Translations under genes and position numbers: made by a program | Source: Ministeria vibrans ATCC 50519 | Taxonomy: Eukaryota > Protista > Filasterea | Length of the DNA stretch: 64,000 nt | NCBI GenBank assembly: GCA_943704425.1 | Contig: CALSCP010000774.1 | Location: forward strand, 1 to 64,000 | Direction of reading: 5' to 3' | In this document: piece after piece, positions 44,106 to 56,629 of the stretch | How the letters are laid out: each line of letters opens with the position of its first letter | How positions within the stretch are numbered: the stretch's first letter is position 1 | Notes under the pieces: model-generated | Database searches by the model: none | Told to the model about the DNA's origin: nothing | What the model saw: only the letters and a program-made list of their open reading frames with translations

Positions 44106-46899
44106 TCAGGCTTGCCTGACAAAGTCAAGGACAATGAGTGCGGGCACGAGAAAGGCCGGCTCTTCGTCGAGCTCTTCGCCCGTGTCGAGAACATGGCGAA
44201 CTCGCATGAGTTTAAGACCCTGACGCAGAGCACTTGCAGCTAAAAGATCAACATCGTGAACGTGTGCGGGCGGAGGAGGAGGGGCGACGATGGTGTCATG
44301 GGGGTCGTTCTCGTCGTGGTGCTGGCGTTCTTCCAGGAGTTGATCTCGACGCAGACGCTTTGGGTGGACCTCGCAGAGACGAAAACGACCACCAGCGCGC
44401 AAAGCCATAGCAGCCTGGCGGAAGACGGTACGCGGGGCCGCAATGTGCTGCAGCATGAGGTCCATGGTGACAAGATGAGCAACGCAGGGAGCGACGGGCC
44501 AGGGTGCTTGCAGGTCTGTCTGGGCAAAGCGGACGAGCCCCGACGCTGCCTTGCTGTGAAGAGTGCGTCGCGCTACGGTGAGCATAGCTTCACTGATCTC
44601 AAGGGCAATGACACGCCAGCCGCGCTTGAGGAGCCAGGTGGTGTTGCTGCCGATGCCACAGCCAGCCTCGACAACCACACTGGGCAGCACACTCGCAAGG
44701 TCACGACGCATTAGCACACTCGCAAGGCTCTGGGTGCGGGTCTCGGAGGCCAGCACGTGATGTTCCGTGCCATGATGGTTGTTCACGTGCGTCGGCGAGG
44801 ACACGACGGTAGCAGAGGTGGGAGTAGGAGAGTCGGCGGCAGCCGATGCGGCCGCAGAGGCGACTGCGCCGAGAAGGAGGTGGCTGATGGGGGAGGAAGG
44901 GCGTGAAGAAACGGGCGTCGAGGGACCCGTGGACGACGACCCTGGAAAGGGATTTGAGCCGGAATCGCCGGTGCGAAAGCGCATTTCGCGAGAGGACAGT
45001 GCGAGGTGAGGGAGTTGGAGGAGGGCCGAAAGGGAGCGGGGCAGAGGGGGCATGGGGATGCGAGAGGGACGTTGAGCTTGAGGACGGGTGTGAGGATGAA
45101 ACACTAGGGTGGAGAGCGAGGTCTGTTCGGCATCGACAGCCGCTGCATACGCATTGGTGCTGCCAGTGGCAGGCGCACTCGTGTTGAGGGGAACTGTGGG
45201 AAGGGAAGTATTGTCGGAGGGAGACCTTTTGTTGTTGGCGTTGTTGTTGTTGAGGAGAGTGGCAAAGTCGTCTTCATCGTCGAGAACTTGACCTTCTTCG
45301 ACGGAGAGCGACGAGCGCTGAGGTTTGACGACAATCATTCCACCAGTGGCAATGTTTGCGCGTGCACTGTTGGAGACAACGGAGGCAACGGCGGCGAAAG
45401 GAGAGAGATTGGGAGTGGGCACAGAAACGGAGCGAGGTTGCTGGAGAAGGAAAGTGGGGTTTGAGGGGCCAATGGTGGGAGAGGCAACAGACGCGGTAGA
45501 CGCAGGCGTAACGACAGGGGTGGTGGCGGAGAAGGAGCGATTAAGTTGGGGGTTGGCGGCCGTGAGAGCGGAGAGTGAGATAAGATTGCGCACGATGGAG
45601 GGACAAAGGGGGTCTGCTGCGGCGCGCAGGACAAGGTCACGGGCACGCGCGGCGACACGAGCGACAACCAGTTTAGAGGGGAGTTTATTTTGAACGCAGT
45701 GGAGGATTCCGTCGTGCGTGTGACCGGCGGCAAAGATGTCCTGGCGGTGGAGCAGGAGCATGCTCGCAGCGAGGAATAGCTGCAGGTGCGTCGAGCCAAA
45801 CTCGCACCAGATCAAATCCCACAGCTCGGCAATGTTTTGTTTGTCATCTTCAGGGGTTGCGTCATCGTCGCCGGCATCCTTCTCGGTTGCAGTAGAAGTG
45901 GTGGGCACTGGGTGGCCTTTGCGCCTCACGTTGGGCTCCGAGCTACACACATCGCTTTCTTGCGTCTGGTTCTCAGTGTCCGTTGCGCTGCTGGTAGTAG
46001 CAGTGGTAGTGGCAGTGGTGATGAGTTCGCTGATGGGTCTGAATTCCCGCTTAAAATCGACGAGGATCCACCGGTAGAGGAACATGAAGGAGGCGTCGGC
46101 GTCGTTGCTGGTGCACACCTGGTAAAGACGCTTGTCGGCGTACTGAACAATTTCACCGACCAGACGAAGGTGTTCGAGAACGCCGTCGGCAACAAAACGA
46201 GCGCGGGCGCGCTTCATGCTTGCGGCAAACATCCAGAAGCAGAGGGACTCGTCGCGCGCACCCAGTGTCTCCACAATGGGCACAAGCAAGTCGTTCATGC
46301 CCTGCCAATAGCCAAGCTCCGGATCAAAAAACACATGAGTGATGAGCACATTGCGGAGCAGAGCCTGTACATCCTCCTCGGGCACGTCGGGGACGCTGCT
46401 GTCCGTGCGTGGCACGTCCGCATCGACAACTTGAACACACTGCAAACATTCCACGTCCAACTCGTCCGTATTCAGTCGGTCGCCCGCACCGTGTCCACTA
46501 CTGGCGTCGCTCGGGTCCTCTCGACTCTCCAACGATGACACGGTGCCGTCGGGGGAATACTTGGCACGACGTAGGACGCTCTACAAGCCAGACAAGGTGA
46601 CGGAAACGAACAAAACATTTTCACTACGCTCAAAATTCGATGTTTACCTGCCACATTGTCCTCATGTGAGTGTATCTCTCGCCCAGAAGACGTGCAAGAC
46701 ACTCACGTTCGTGATGGGTGCTCGAGAAAGGGAGAACACCCAAGAGGAGGGACCAGGCGCGTGGACGCAGCGACTTGGCCATCCCGTGAGTGAAAATAGC
46801 TTCGCGCAGCGCCAATTCGTGGCGCACGCGGCCATCCTCGTAGAAATACAACGGCCATCTCGCCTCGTCCACAAATGCGCACTCAGGCGGGCGGCTCAT
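44106..46899 (-). CDS. TBC1D15/16/17-like Rab-GAP fused to a C-terminal class I SAM-dependent methyltransferase
   Basis: LRPRAWSLLLG; DADVPRTD; LGYWQGMNDLL; FLYRWILVDFKREF; then in the same exon VVEAGCGIGSNT..VIALEISEAML..DL..LQHI..ALRAGGRFRLCEVHP. Confidence 0.85.
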
Positions 46900-47015
46900 T
46901 CAATAAAAAAAAATNNNNNNTTACTATCATTTCCACATTAATTTTTTACTAACGTCTTGAGAAACTATCCATAATAATAATTATTATTATTATCAAGAAA
47001 ACAATATAATCTGGT

Positions 47016-48178
47016 TTACTCAAAAGCATACTCGGCTTTGTGGTGCATCACAAGCTTGGACTCGACAAAGTAGAACGAGTCCGATTTCATTTCGTGTGGC
47101 GACGCAATAATCTCATCGACTATATGAATGGAGCATCAGACAGATTAACTATTTTCCGTCGTCTATTACTATTATTGTGTACCTTCCTCCTGAGTGAGCT
47201 TTGGGAGTTGGTAGAGGAACTCACAGGAGTTGATGCTTTGAGGAATGCAAAAGCCAAAATCAAAGTCAAACGAGGCAAGCAGACGACCGCGGAAGTAGTG
47301 GCGCTCAATCATTTTAAACGCACGCACAGGCTTATCTCCCACGGTCCATGTCACTCTACAAATAGCATAGATCATCAAGGAGAGGAGCTTGGACACGATC
47401 ACAAATTTCACAAAGGTTGTAATCCTCTTTACGTTGCGCCAATACCCTCCTTGGCACTGAAGAAAGCTCTGGGAAAGGTGTACTGAATAAAACGCGCGGC
47501 ATTGTCGTCATCGCTTGTTGGTTGATATGGCGCCATGCCCTGAAAAAAAGAAAAGGTTGAGGGTTGGAGATATAATTATATTGTGAGTGAATTGAAAGAC
47601 AATCCTAACCCTAACCCTAACCCTAAAAAATATAATCATTGTTCGAGTTATACCTCAGGTTTTTGTACATGAAAGAAAACTTGTCCGTCTTCGCTAGAGG
47701 AATCGCGAACTTTGAATCCCACAAAGTCAATGTCGTATGTGTTGGCCAACGCTCCAACGAGGTATTCTGAAGAGAAGACAAACAAAAAAAAATCAAGTTT
47801 ATGAAGTCAGTCGCGAAATTGACACAGTCCCCGTTTCACAACGAAAAGCCCATCGAATGTGCCCATCCCCAATGCAACAAGTATTTTGGTTATCAGCTTG
47901 TTGAATGACGCAGCAGCGCATTCGTGTTCGAATTGAAAAGAGCAGCGCAAAAACAGAAGTGACGTTGATTGTCTGTTTTCTTCTTTTTCTTGTCGGTCTC
48001 TCTGCGCCAAACGTTAACACCTACCCTTTGTGGGCTCAACGAGTCTTTCCACGTCGCCCACAGCGATGTTCTCAGAGCCCTTTCCGAGCAACTCAGCTTC
48101 GCTAAGCGGCTCGCTCACAGTCGGGCGCTTTCCTGATCCACCAGCAAGTTTGCTTCGAAGTCTTGCGAGTTTTGACAT
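47016..48178 (-). CDS. UNC119: UNC119 myristoyl-cargo carrier
   Basis: [15 protein letters not shown]; ARFIQYTF; [41 protein letters not shown]; [19 protein letters not shown]. Confidence 0.93.
47604..47626. repeat. interstitial telomere-type repeat (CCCTAA) x~4 in an UNC119 intron
   Basis: CCTAACCCTAACCCTAACCCTAA. Confidence 0.75.
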
Positions 48179-48322
48179 CTGTAACTGTGTAAATCACTCA
48201 GTAAATGTGTATCACGTGAATGTACACTGCGTCAAAATAATAATAATTATTAATTTTGTGATAAATTAACTCAAACGTTGTGATTTGTGAATATTTTCAT
48301 TAATTTTTATTTTCCTTCCTTG

Positions 48323-48534
48323 ATGCGACTGTTGTTGACTCTTGTCGCTGTTGCCCTTGGGCTTGTCCACAGTGTGTCAGCAAACTATTTGGTGACTGTC
48401 GACGCGAATGCTCAGGTAAAAACAGTTTTTATGCTGAAGAGTGAGTGTGTGTCTATATCTATATACGTATGTGTATGTTTGCGCATGTGTACGTGTCTGT
48501 GCGGAGATGTGTGTGTGTTGATGCGGATGCGGAT

Positions 48535-48565
<31 letters not shown>

Positions 48566-48841
48566 TTCCCTATTGTGATAGTTCACGTATTCTCCCTTTC
48601 TATTTGACGCGATCCTCTCTTTTTTTTCTTTTTTTCTTCGACGCCTGTTCTGACACGTACCGTCTTCATACTCCACCCTTTCTTCGTGCACAGGAATGCT
48701 TTCACATTGATTTAACGGCAGGGACCAAATTCTCGCTGACCTTTGTTGTGTCTGACGGCGGATTCCTCGACATAGACGTGCAGGTGAAAACGCACACACT
48801 CACACCATAACATACATCACACATATATACATATACATATG

Positions 48842-48884
<43 letters not shown>

Positions 48885-49496
48885 CGCAGGAGAGCTGACC
48901 AGGCGCTTCGGCGTCTTGTGTAGATCACGGGGCCCGATGGCAAGCCGGTGTACTCTGGCGAGCGCGAGACGGATGGAAGCATGACCTTCTCGGCGCACTC
49001 GGACGGACGATTTGCCTACTGCTTCAGCAACAAAATGTCGACAGTGACGCCCAAGACGGTTGCCTTTGATGTCTTTGTTGGCAGCAAGCCACGATCGGGG
49101 CCTGAAACCGACCCGGAAACGGCCGGTAAGTGGGATCTTTTTCTCTTCATCATCCAGCTCAGTTGCGACGTTTCTTTTCAAATAAATGAGTAGACAAGGA
49201 ACATGCGCAGTTGGCTGCGGCTGTGCACGAACTGGGCAATGCCATTACAGCAGTGAAGCGCGAACAGGACTACATGGAAGTGCGTGAGCGCAACCATCGC
49301 ATCAGTAAGTGTGTGAAGCGACATAATAATGTCTTGTTCGTTTTTGTCTGACGGGTCGTTGTGCCTTGCAGTCAACGAGAGCACAAACTCACGCGTGGTG
49401 TGGTGGTCGTTCTTTGAAGCACTGGTGCTGATTGCCGTCACCCTGGGTCAGGTGTACTATCTGAAGCAGTTTTTTGAGGTTAAGCGAGTCGTATGA
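48323..49496 (+). CDS. TMED2: p24 beta/Emp24 cargo receptor
   Basis: Signal peptide; VTVDANAQ|ECF; GGFLDIDV; [13 protein letters not shown]; [13 protein letters not shown]; [15 protein letters not shown]; [15 protein letters not shown]. Confidence 0.95.
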
Positions 49497-49607
49497 ACAG
49501 TGACAAATGAAATCCACACGCTCAAAATTGTAAAAGACATCTTTTTGGGGGCATTAACTCCAAGAGCGGTATGTATTCTAGAGCAGAACTCATAAAAGAA
49601 CAAAAAT

Positions 49608-50182
49608 TTAGGCGCTGGGGACATCGACCTCGCCGTTGTTGATGGCCTCGATGATGTCATGCGGGGGCTGGCCGTCGACAGTGCAGCCGACCGACTGGGC
49701 TGTGCCGAGGATCTCCTTGACGGTGCCCGAGAACTCGCGCGCCATCGAGCGGGCACGCATAGTGCGCGCAATGTCGAAGACGGTGTCCATGCTGATGTCA
49801 CCGGTGTGGACGACTGAACAAATACAGCAGACAAACGGCAAATCAGAACGGCAAGAAGAGCAAAAGTTTGTTCGATTTTGTTTTCCGTACTGTTCTTGAC
49901 CTTCTTGCGGTCACGGAGGGGCTCCTTGAGTGCCTTGATGACAAGGATGCTGGCGGTGGGCACAACATCGACGGTGGCCTTTCGGTTCTGGATGGTCAGC
50001 TGCACAGTGACGCGCAGTCCCTTCCAGTCGGACGTCGCCTTGGCGATGTCGTCTCCGATCTTCTTGGGCGACAGACCGAGCGGTCCAACCTTGGGCGCAA
50101 GCGACGACGCAGCACCGACTTCTCCTCCGGTGACGCGGAACTTGATGATCTTCACCTCTGTGGGGTCAAACTTGGGCGGCAT
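49608..50182 (-). CDS. RPL12: 60S ribosomal protein L12 (uL11), 2 coding exons
   Basis: [39 protein letters not shown]...[19 protein letters not shown]. Confidence 0.99.
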
Positions 50183-50194
50183 GATGATATGCTA

Positions 50195-50229
<35 letters not shown>

Positions 50230-50361
50230 AGAGTCGCGCCCCCAAACAGAACCACGCTTACTTAATGCAAAAGGGCTCTCTACGGTGTGGATGCCAGAGA
50301 CTCAGGGGGCGACCAAAAAACAGTTGCACCTGGAGGAAAGAGGAGAGAAGAGAAGAGGAGA

Positions 50362-50407
<46 letters not shown>

Positions 50408-50965
50408 AAAACGATGAGTATCTCTTGTCAAATCTGTGAGCCACAAAAGACGCCGAGAGACATGTGATACGATAGAGAACAGAAATAGTAACTACAACTA
50501 AAGAGGTGACAAAAGGGAGAGAAAGGGAGAGAAAGGGAGAGAGAGAGAGACAGAGAGAGTGTGACGATTGCATTGCTCACTACTCGTGCAACGGTGGCNN
50601 NNNNNNNNAAAAAAAAAAAAAAAAGAAAGCGAACGAGAAAAAAAAACGTATTGTTCCTCATGAAGGCATGCAGAGGAGCAGGGAGCAATGGTTGTCGCAG
50701 CGCAACGGATGTGAAAGGACGAGCAGCGGGCGGGGAGGGCCGCAGAATGGCGAACCATGCGGACAAGCGATGGGGCGCAAAGGGACACGCCCCGCATGGC
50801 AGATGCAGCGGGCGCGACCAGCCGCGTGTCCCCGCACCCACACGTAAAGTAACCCTGCGCTTACCGAGAAGAGAGAAAAAAAGGACCCGTCATTTTATTC
50901 TTCACAGAGTTATTCAAGAAAAATCAAAATCACTCAATTCCCTTTCACACACTTTACTTGGCGGA

Positions 50966-52609
50966 ATGAGCGACGACGAAGAGAATGATGTGACCAATGA
51001 ACAGGCGAGACTGATGCCGTTGGAAAGCGATCAGACACACGATCGAAATAGCGCCAAGTTCGCTCGTTTGATGGCGGCGTCGAGCCTGGACGAATTGGAC
51101 CACAGCGACGACCACAACCTCTTGCAAATTGATCCGACACTGGTGGTAGCCTCGTCGCAGCGCGGCCACTCTGCATTTGGCGCCGGCTGGTACATGTGTT
51201 TGGGTTCGGCAAGCCGACGGTACACACATTTGGCGGTTTGCGTGAGTGTCCTCACACTTCTGGTCCTTGCCCTGTCGGTTGTGGGCATTGTCGTGCGCAA
51301 CACTGCACGCGGACACACCGACACAACATCTTTGGAGGGCGGCACGTCGTCGTCGCAGTCGAACGGTCTGCCTGTGTTCAATTGGCAGCGCGACATTGTC
51401 ACGAACGCTTCAATTATGTCCGGCGCAGTTCCTCTGCCGCACGCACGCTACCGCTTCCTCGCACCCAACCTACTGTTTGGCGACGACCACGAGAGCGACG
51501 CGCGCCTCTACTACTTCTCCGAGCGCGTGGACCGCGTCCGGGACGCCGCCAGCTTTTGTCGTCTCTTCACACTCCCACCCGTCCCCATTGAGATTCTCGC
51601 CTTTGACTATGTGATATCACATGAGACAGGTGTCCCACCCGATCCGAATCGCCTCTGGCAAAACGTCCACCACATGAACCTCATTTCGTGCAACAAACAC
51701 GCTGTGGGACTCCCACTGAACCCGGACAGCAGCGGCACCAACGAGCCCGCCTGCAGCGAAGTCGCTGACGCCAAGTACTCGACGGCGACGGGACCGTGCT
51801 ACGAGGACATGTTTGCGTACGACAAAGGCGGCACCAAGTTTACGTATCCGCCGACCATTAGCAAGCGCATTGGTACCGGCACACCCACCTCACACCTCGT
51901 TCTCGAGATGCACCTGCTCAAGGAGGAGGGTTTCCCCTTCCGCAGCGGCCTCCACGACAATTCCGGCTTTGAGCTCACTCTGCGATCCCCGCCCCAGCGG
52001 CCCCTCGACTCGGCTGCCTTTGCCTTTACCGCCACAACTTTCTGCATCCCCGGCAACTCGCGTGCCTTCGAAGTGGTCATCGAGGCGACCCCCGACACAC
52101 TCGACCGCGCACTCTCCAAGGAATTTGCCTACAGCAACGGTACACTCAACTTCTTTGCGGCGCACATTCACGCGCATAACTTCTCGACGTCGCTGCGACT
52201 TGAGCACTGGCGCAGTGGCGTTCAGTTGGACGTGCTCCTGGCGCACAACTATGGCGGCTACGGGCCTGGCCAGTCATTTGAGCTGTTCACATCCGCCGGT
52301 GGCATTGCTCAGGTACGCCAGCACACCGACTCGCTCATCTTTCGGTGCACCTACGACACTATCAACAAGACGGTTCCTACCGGCTATGGCCTGTCGCTCG
52401 GTGGCGAAATGTGCGGCCCTATTCTGCTCTTCTCGCCGCATCACTCGCAAGAGCCTGTCTGGGGTAACATCGCTCTGGCACCCCTCGTCTACCACGGACC
52501 CCTTATCGACGATCCCGGCGCCGGCTACATTCCCGTTAGCGCCTCCTCTATCCTCCCCTCTGCCTATTGCGACGACCCCGAGATAAATAGCGCACCAACT
52601 AATACTTAA
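50966..52609 (+). CDS. type II membrane copper/ascorbate-dependent monooxygenase (PHM/DBH/MOXD1 family), intronless
   Basis: TM LAVCVSVLTLLVLALSVVGIVV; VHHMNL, LVLEMH, HIHAH, FRCTYDT, GGEMC. Confidence 0.85.
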   Translation: MSDDEENDVTNEQARLMPLESDQTHDRNSAKFARLMAASSLDELDHSDDHNLLQIDPTLVVASSQRGHSAFGAGWYMCLGSASRRYTHLAVCVSVLTLLVLALSVVGIVVRNTARGHTDTTSLEGGTSSSQSNGLPVFNWQRDIVTNASIMSGAVPLPHARYRFLAPNLLFGDDHESDARLYYFSERVDRVRDAASFCRLFTLPPVPIEILAFDYVISHETGVPPDPNRLWQNVHHMNLISCNKHAVGLPLNPDSSGTNEPACSEVADAKYSTATGPCYEDMFAYDKGGTKFTYPPTISKRIGTGTPTSHLVLEMHLLKEEGFPFRSGLHDNSGFELTLRSPPQRPLDSAAFAFTATTFCIPGNSRAFEVVIEATPDTLDRALSKEFAYSNGTLNFFAAHIHAHNFSTSLRLEHWRSGVQLDVLLAHNYGGYGPGQSFELFTSAGGIAQVRQHTDSLIFRCTYDTINKTVPTGYGLSLGGEMCGPILLFSPHHSQEPVWGNIALAPLVYHGPLIDDPGAGYIPVSASSILPSAYCDDPEINSAPTNT

Positions 52610-52920
52610 ATTAATTATTATTAAACTATTTTTATTTATTCAATTGAGACAGAAGGGGATGGACAAATCAAAATGGGGTTTAGTCTTTCACAAGCAAAAA
52701 CAAAGCCTAAGAAAGGCGAAAGTGACACACACTGTGGGTTTCAAGGAAGTTTCAAGTCAAGAGCCAAGACAAAAAGAGGCAAGTCCAATAAGAGGACACA
52801 AAGAAACCATTGTGATAACTATACCAGCGTCAGAGTCAGGTTCACTTGGAAAGAAAGAGAGAGAAAGACTCTCAAATAGCTCAATGGAAAGTAAAGCGAT
52901 TGAGAATGTGAAAAAAAAAG

Positions 52921-53002
52921 TTAGGAGTATACATTCGAAGCAAGTTCATCATCATCGATAAACTCAGTCTGGGACATTCGGGGAATGTCGTCAGGATCAT
53001 TC

Positions 53003-53084
<82 letters not shown>

Positions 53085-53834
53085 AAAGGGGGAAAGAAAC
53101 ACGTTGAGATAGAAAACCAAAGTGATAGTAAAGAGGACACAAACAAAAACAAAACAATATTGAGAATGAGTGGGAGTATTGAGTGGGATATAAAAACAAA
53201 ATAATCTTTTTTTTTTACCTTTGTGCCATCGCACTGAAGTACACTATTCGTTTCAAGCTATAAAAAAAAAAGTGAGCACAAATTAATAATAATCAATAAC
53301 AAAAAAAAGTCCGTACGCTCTGTTGTAAAAAATGTAAGAGGACTGCCAGAGCAGACCAGGCTCATTGAAGGGGTTCTCGGAGTCACTCTCAGCCACATAC
53401 GCATAGACTTCACAGTCACGCAGACGTACTTCCGCATCCTACGCCACAAGTAGTATGGGTTGTGATCAGAAAGAACCTACGCGCCTGTCATTTCGCGGTT
53501 TGCCCTTGAAAGCGTCATTGGGAGTTGTGGATAGAGGATTGCAGTTGCGTGTGCCCGGTTGGTTCGTACCATGATAGTCCACAGTCTTGCTGTGGTCTCC
53601 TCTGTGGCACCCGGTACTTCTGACCAGAGTGTGTTGTTGACGTTGTTGACGACGGTGTCGAGGGTTGGTTCACGACAAAACTCCTGCACATTGGAAGGAA
53701 AAGATAGGTCCTCAGTCCAAGACAATTGTGCATTGCTGCACTCAAGGGTGTACCTCGGCCTTTGCCTCGCTAAAGTCGTAGTCGGGAAATACCGTGTTGA
53801 GAAGGGTCGTGAGCGTGAAAAGGTCTCGATGGCT

Positions 53835-53893
<59 letters not shown>

Positions 53894-54407
53894 CTGGTAT
53901 AAGATACAAACGGATCCCCTTGTGTGCGTCTTGCCGTCTCGACTGGGAAAAGATTCGGGTCTATTCCTACGGCCGTCACAGGAGGCGAAAGGGCCTCCAC
54001 AGAGCTTCTTTCGTGTACACTACATGTCACACAAGTTGCGACAAAACAATGCATAAGAAAATTTAATCATCCGCAGAGACCCACGCACACTCCCGGCTTG
54101 AAAGTGCCGCGAATACATGTTTAACCCCACACACATACACACACAGGCAGGCCAAGTGGTCCGGGCTGCTCAATTGAGCAGGAAACGTCAATGTTTTGCT
54201 CCAAAAAAAGTTTTTGCGAGTTCGCGACGTGTTTGGCCCTACCTTGACCGCAGTGCGCGCTTTTCATTCGTCGTCATCTACATAGAACACAATAGTCCAG
54301 TTGAATCACACCAGACAGTCTGCAAACGCCGGTGGACAAATTGGATTGAAAATATAATTAATAATAAATATTGAGAGTCACAAGTCACAACAAGTGAGTG
54401 ACTTGAC

Positions 54408-54444
<37 letters not shown>

Positions 54445-54667
54445 GTCCTTGACAACCAACGACAGGGCATGTTTCTATTTGGCACGACACCGGCCCCTTC
54501 TACCTTTATTGAGTAACTTTCGAGTCTCACTTGCACTGTACTTGCTGTCTACACGGGTAAATGTTGCGAAAGTTCAATGGTATGTGGTGCTCTCCTCCTT
54601 GCCGTACCGTCTCGCACGACAGCGCCGAGCTAAGGGACTCAAAGTCCGTGTTTTCAAGCAGTTTCAT
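52921..54667 (-). CDS. MAF1: RNA polymerase III repressor MAF1, multi-exon
   Basis: MKLLENTDFE; RLESYSIK|M; EALSPP; LLNTVFPDYDFSEAK; EFCREP; CEVYAY..NPFNEPGLLW...FYNRA|LKRIVYF; acidic tail. Confidence 0.93.
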
Positions 54668-54924
54668 AAGCCGAGAGAGTTGAGTGAATACTGAATAGTG
54701 ATAGAGAATTTGTGAATTAGTGATAAAGTTGAAACCCGCTCAGGCTCACTCAACTGACAAGTGACGAATGAGCGGAATGAGTAATGACAACTTGAGTACT
54801 TGACAAGTGAGACATGACTCAGACATCTATCAAGTATCAGCCATTCAAATTCCACCCTAAGTATTCTCATGTCAGGACTCAGGGTCTCAGGCCATTAATC
54901 ATGACAAGAGTATATTTATTCACT

Positions 54925-56048
54925 ATGCTCGCCATCATTGCCAGCTTCGTGCTGGGCGCCGTGGCTGTGTTGGTCGTCCAGGCATATCTGTTTCGTCAGT
55001 ATTTCAACTCGCAGCCGTTGGCGCCGCCCCTGAAACGCATCAAAAGCGTAAGGAAGCAGAGTGTACCTGAACCTTTTTTTCTGATATTTCGTTGTGTAGG
55101 TCAACCCAGAGCGACCCGAGGCGATTGCGTCGCGTCTTCATCGCCAAGACTCATCTACTCTGTTGGCGTCGGCTCAGACGGAGGGAAGCACGGGCGGTGG
55201 GTTGAGCGACGCGCACAGCGGTGCGGACGCCATCGAGCCCAACGACAATGCTGAAACTATGTCGACATCATCGCAGCAACAGCAGCAGCAGCAGCAGCAG
55301 CAGCAACAGTCGACGCCCTCGCGCGAACCTTTGCTCAAGTCGGGTCCCTTTCGACGTGGCGCCGAAGAGACGTGCGCCTGGCTCAACGTCTGCATTGCGG
55401 CAGTGTTTCATCAGTTGCGCGACTCACCTCAAGTTCGCAAATGGTTTCTCGCCAAAATGGAGGCCGAGTGCGATGAGATGCTCCAGACAGCGGTCGGTCG
55501 CATTGTGCACTCCATCAAGATTGTTGACTACTCGCTGGGCACGTCGTTGCCGTTTATCACGCAGGCACGCATCGTCAGTGTGCCCGTACCCAACAAGCAG
55601 CCACAGGTGCTCGACGTGGCGCTTGACGTCGTCTACGACGGCCAGATTAGCATCACCTTTGACATTGGCTTCAAGTTTGGTCTTCGTGGCAAAATCGGCG
55701 TCACTATCATTGCTCTATCGGGGAAGGTGCGCTTACGCATCGCAAACGATCCCGGTAAGAAGGGGCTTTGCACAACAATCGGGATCATTTATGAAACACA
55801 TTTTTCTACCTTCTTTGGACAGTTCCGTATTGGTCGTTAGCGTTTTACGAGGACCCTCGCATCCAATTCGACGTGGTAACGCTGGTCGAGAACAAGAACT
55901 TTACGCGGTTGGCGGATCTCATTACGTCTCATATGCGCCGCTCCATTCACAAGAAACACACCATCCCCAACTTTAAAAAGCGTCCTTTTGTCAAGACGGT
56001 ACACACTCATTAATATCGATCTTCTAAGTTTCACACTTTGTCTTTTGT

Positions 56049-56086
<38 letters not shown>

Positions 56087-56595
56087 ATAGCTCTGGAGCA
56101 AGACAGAGAGTGGCTTGGGCGACCAGAGTGTTCTTGTGAATGGTGTGCAGCTCATTGGTGTGGGGTCGTTGCGTGTCGACGTGATTGAGTTGATGAATCT
56201 GCCGCGCTACCAGCAGAACTGTGTGCTATTTTGTGAGTTGTCTGTGGACGACATTGACGACGATGTAGACGACAATGATGATCGGGCCGTGGAACGACTG
56301 CAGAAGAAGACAACGCGCGCTCTGATGAGCCAGCGTACCACTCCTTTCCATGCCACCTGTGACTTTCGCCTGTCGCCACGCAACCGCAATCTCCATGTAC
56401 GTGTGCTGCAGCGCAGTGGCAAGACAGAGGTACGTGAGCTCAGCTGGGCCGCTATCCCTCTCGTCGACGTGTGTCTCGAAGCGGCCGCCTACGACTCGCT
56501 CTCGTATCGCCAGGCCTTCAAACTGCAAGGACCCGAGTCCCAGTACAGTCGCGCATCCGTCGGTGAGCTTGTCATGGAGTTTTGCTACGTGGTCC

Positions 56596-56629
<34 letters not shown>

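Noticed and set aside
45786-46538. Long antisense ORFs over GC-rich exons (also 41676-42431, 29760-30389, 5816-6475)
   Set aside because: Shadow ORFs of real genes on the opposite strand, with no motifs of their own.
50561-50965. N-terminal extension of the 682-aa monooxygenase ORF
   Set aside because: It crosses an N gap, a poly-A run and the RPL12 leader; the ATG at 50966 is the plausible start.
53795-53910. Apparent frameshift in MAF1
   Set aside because: Resolved by using the TTT|GTATCT donor, which gives an in-frame DPF|ISHRDLF junction.
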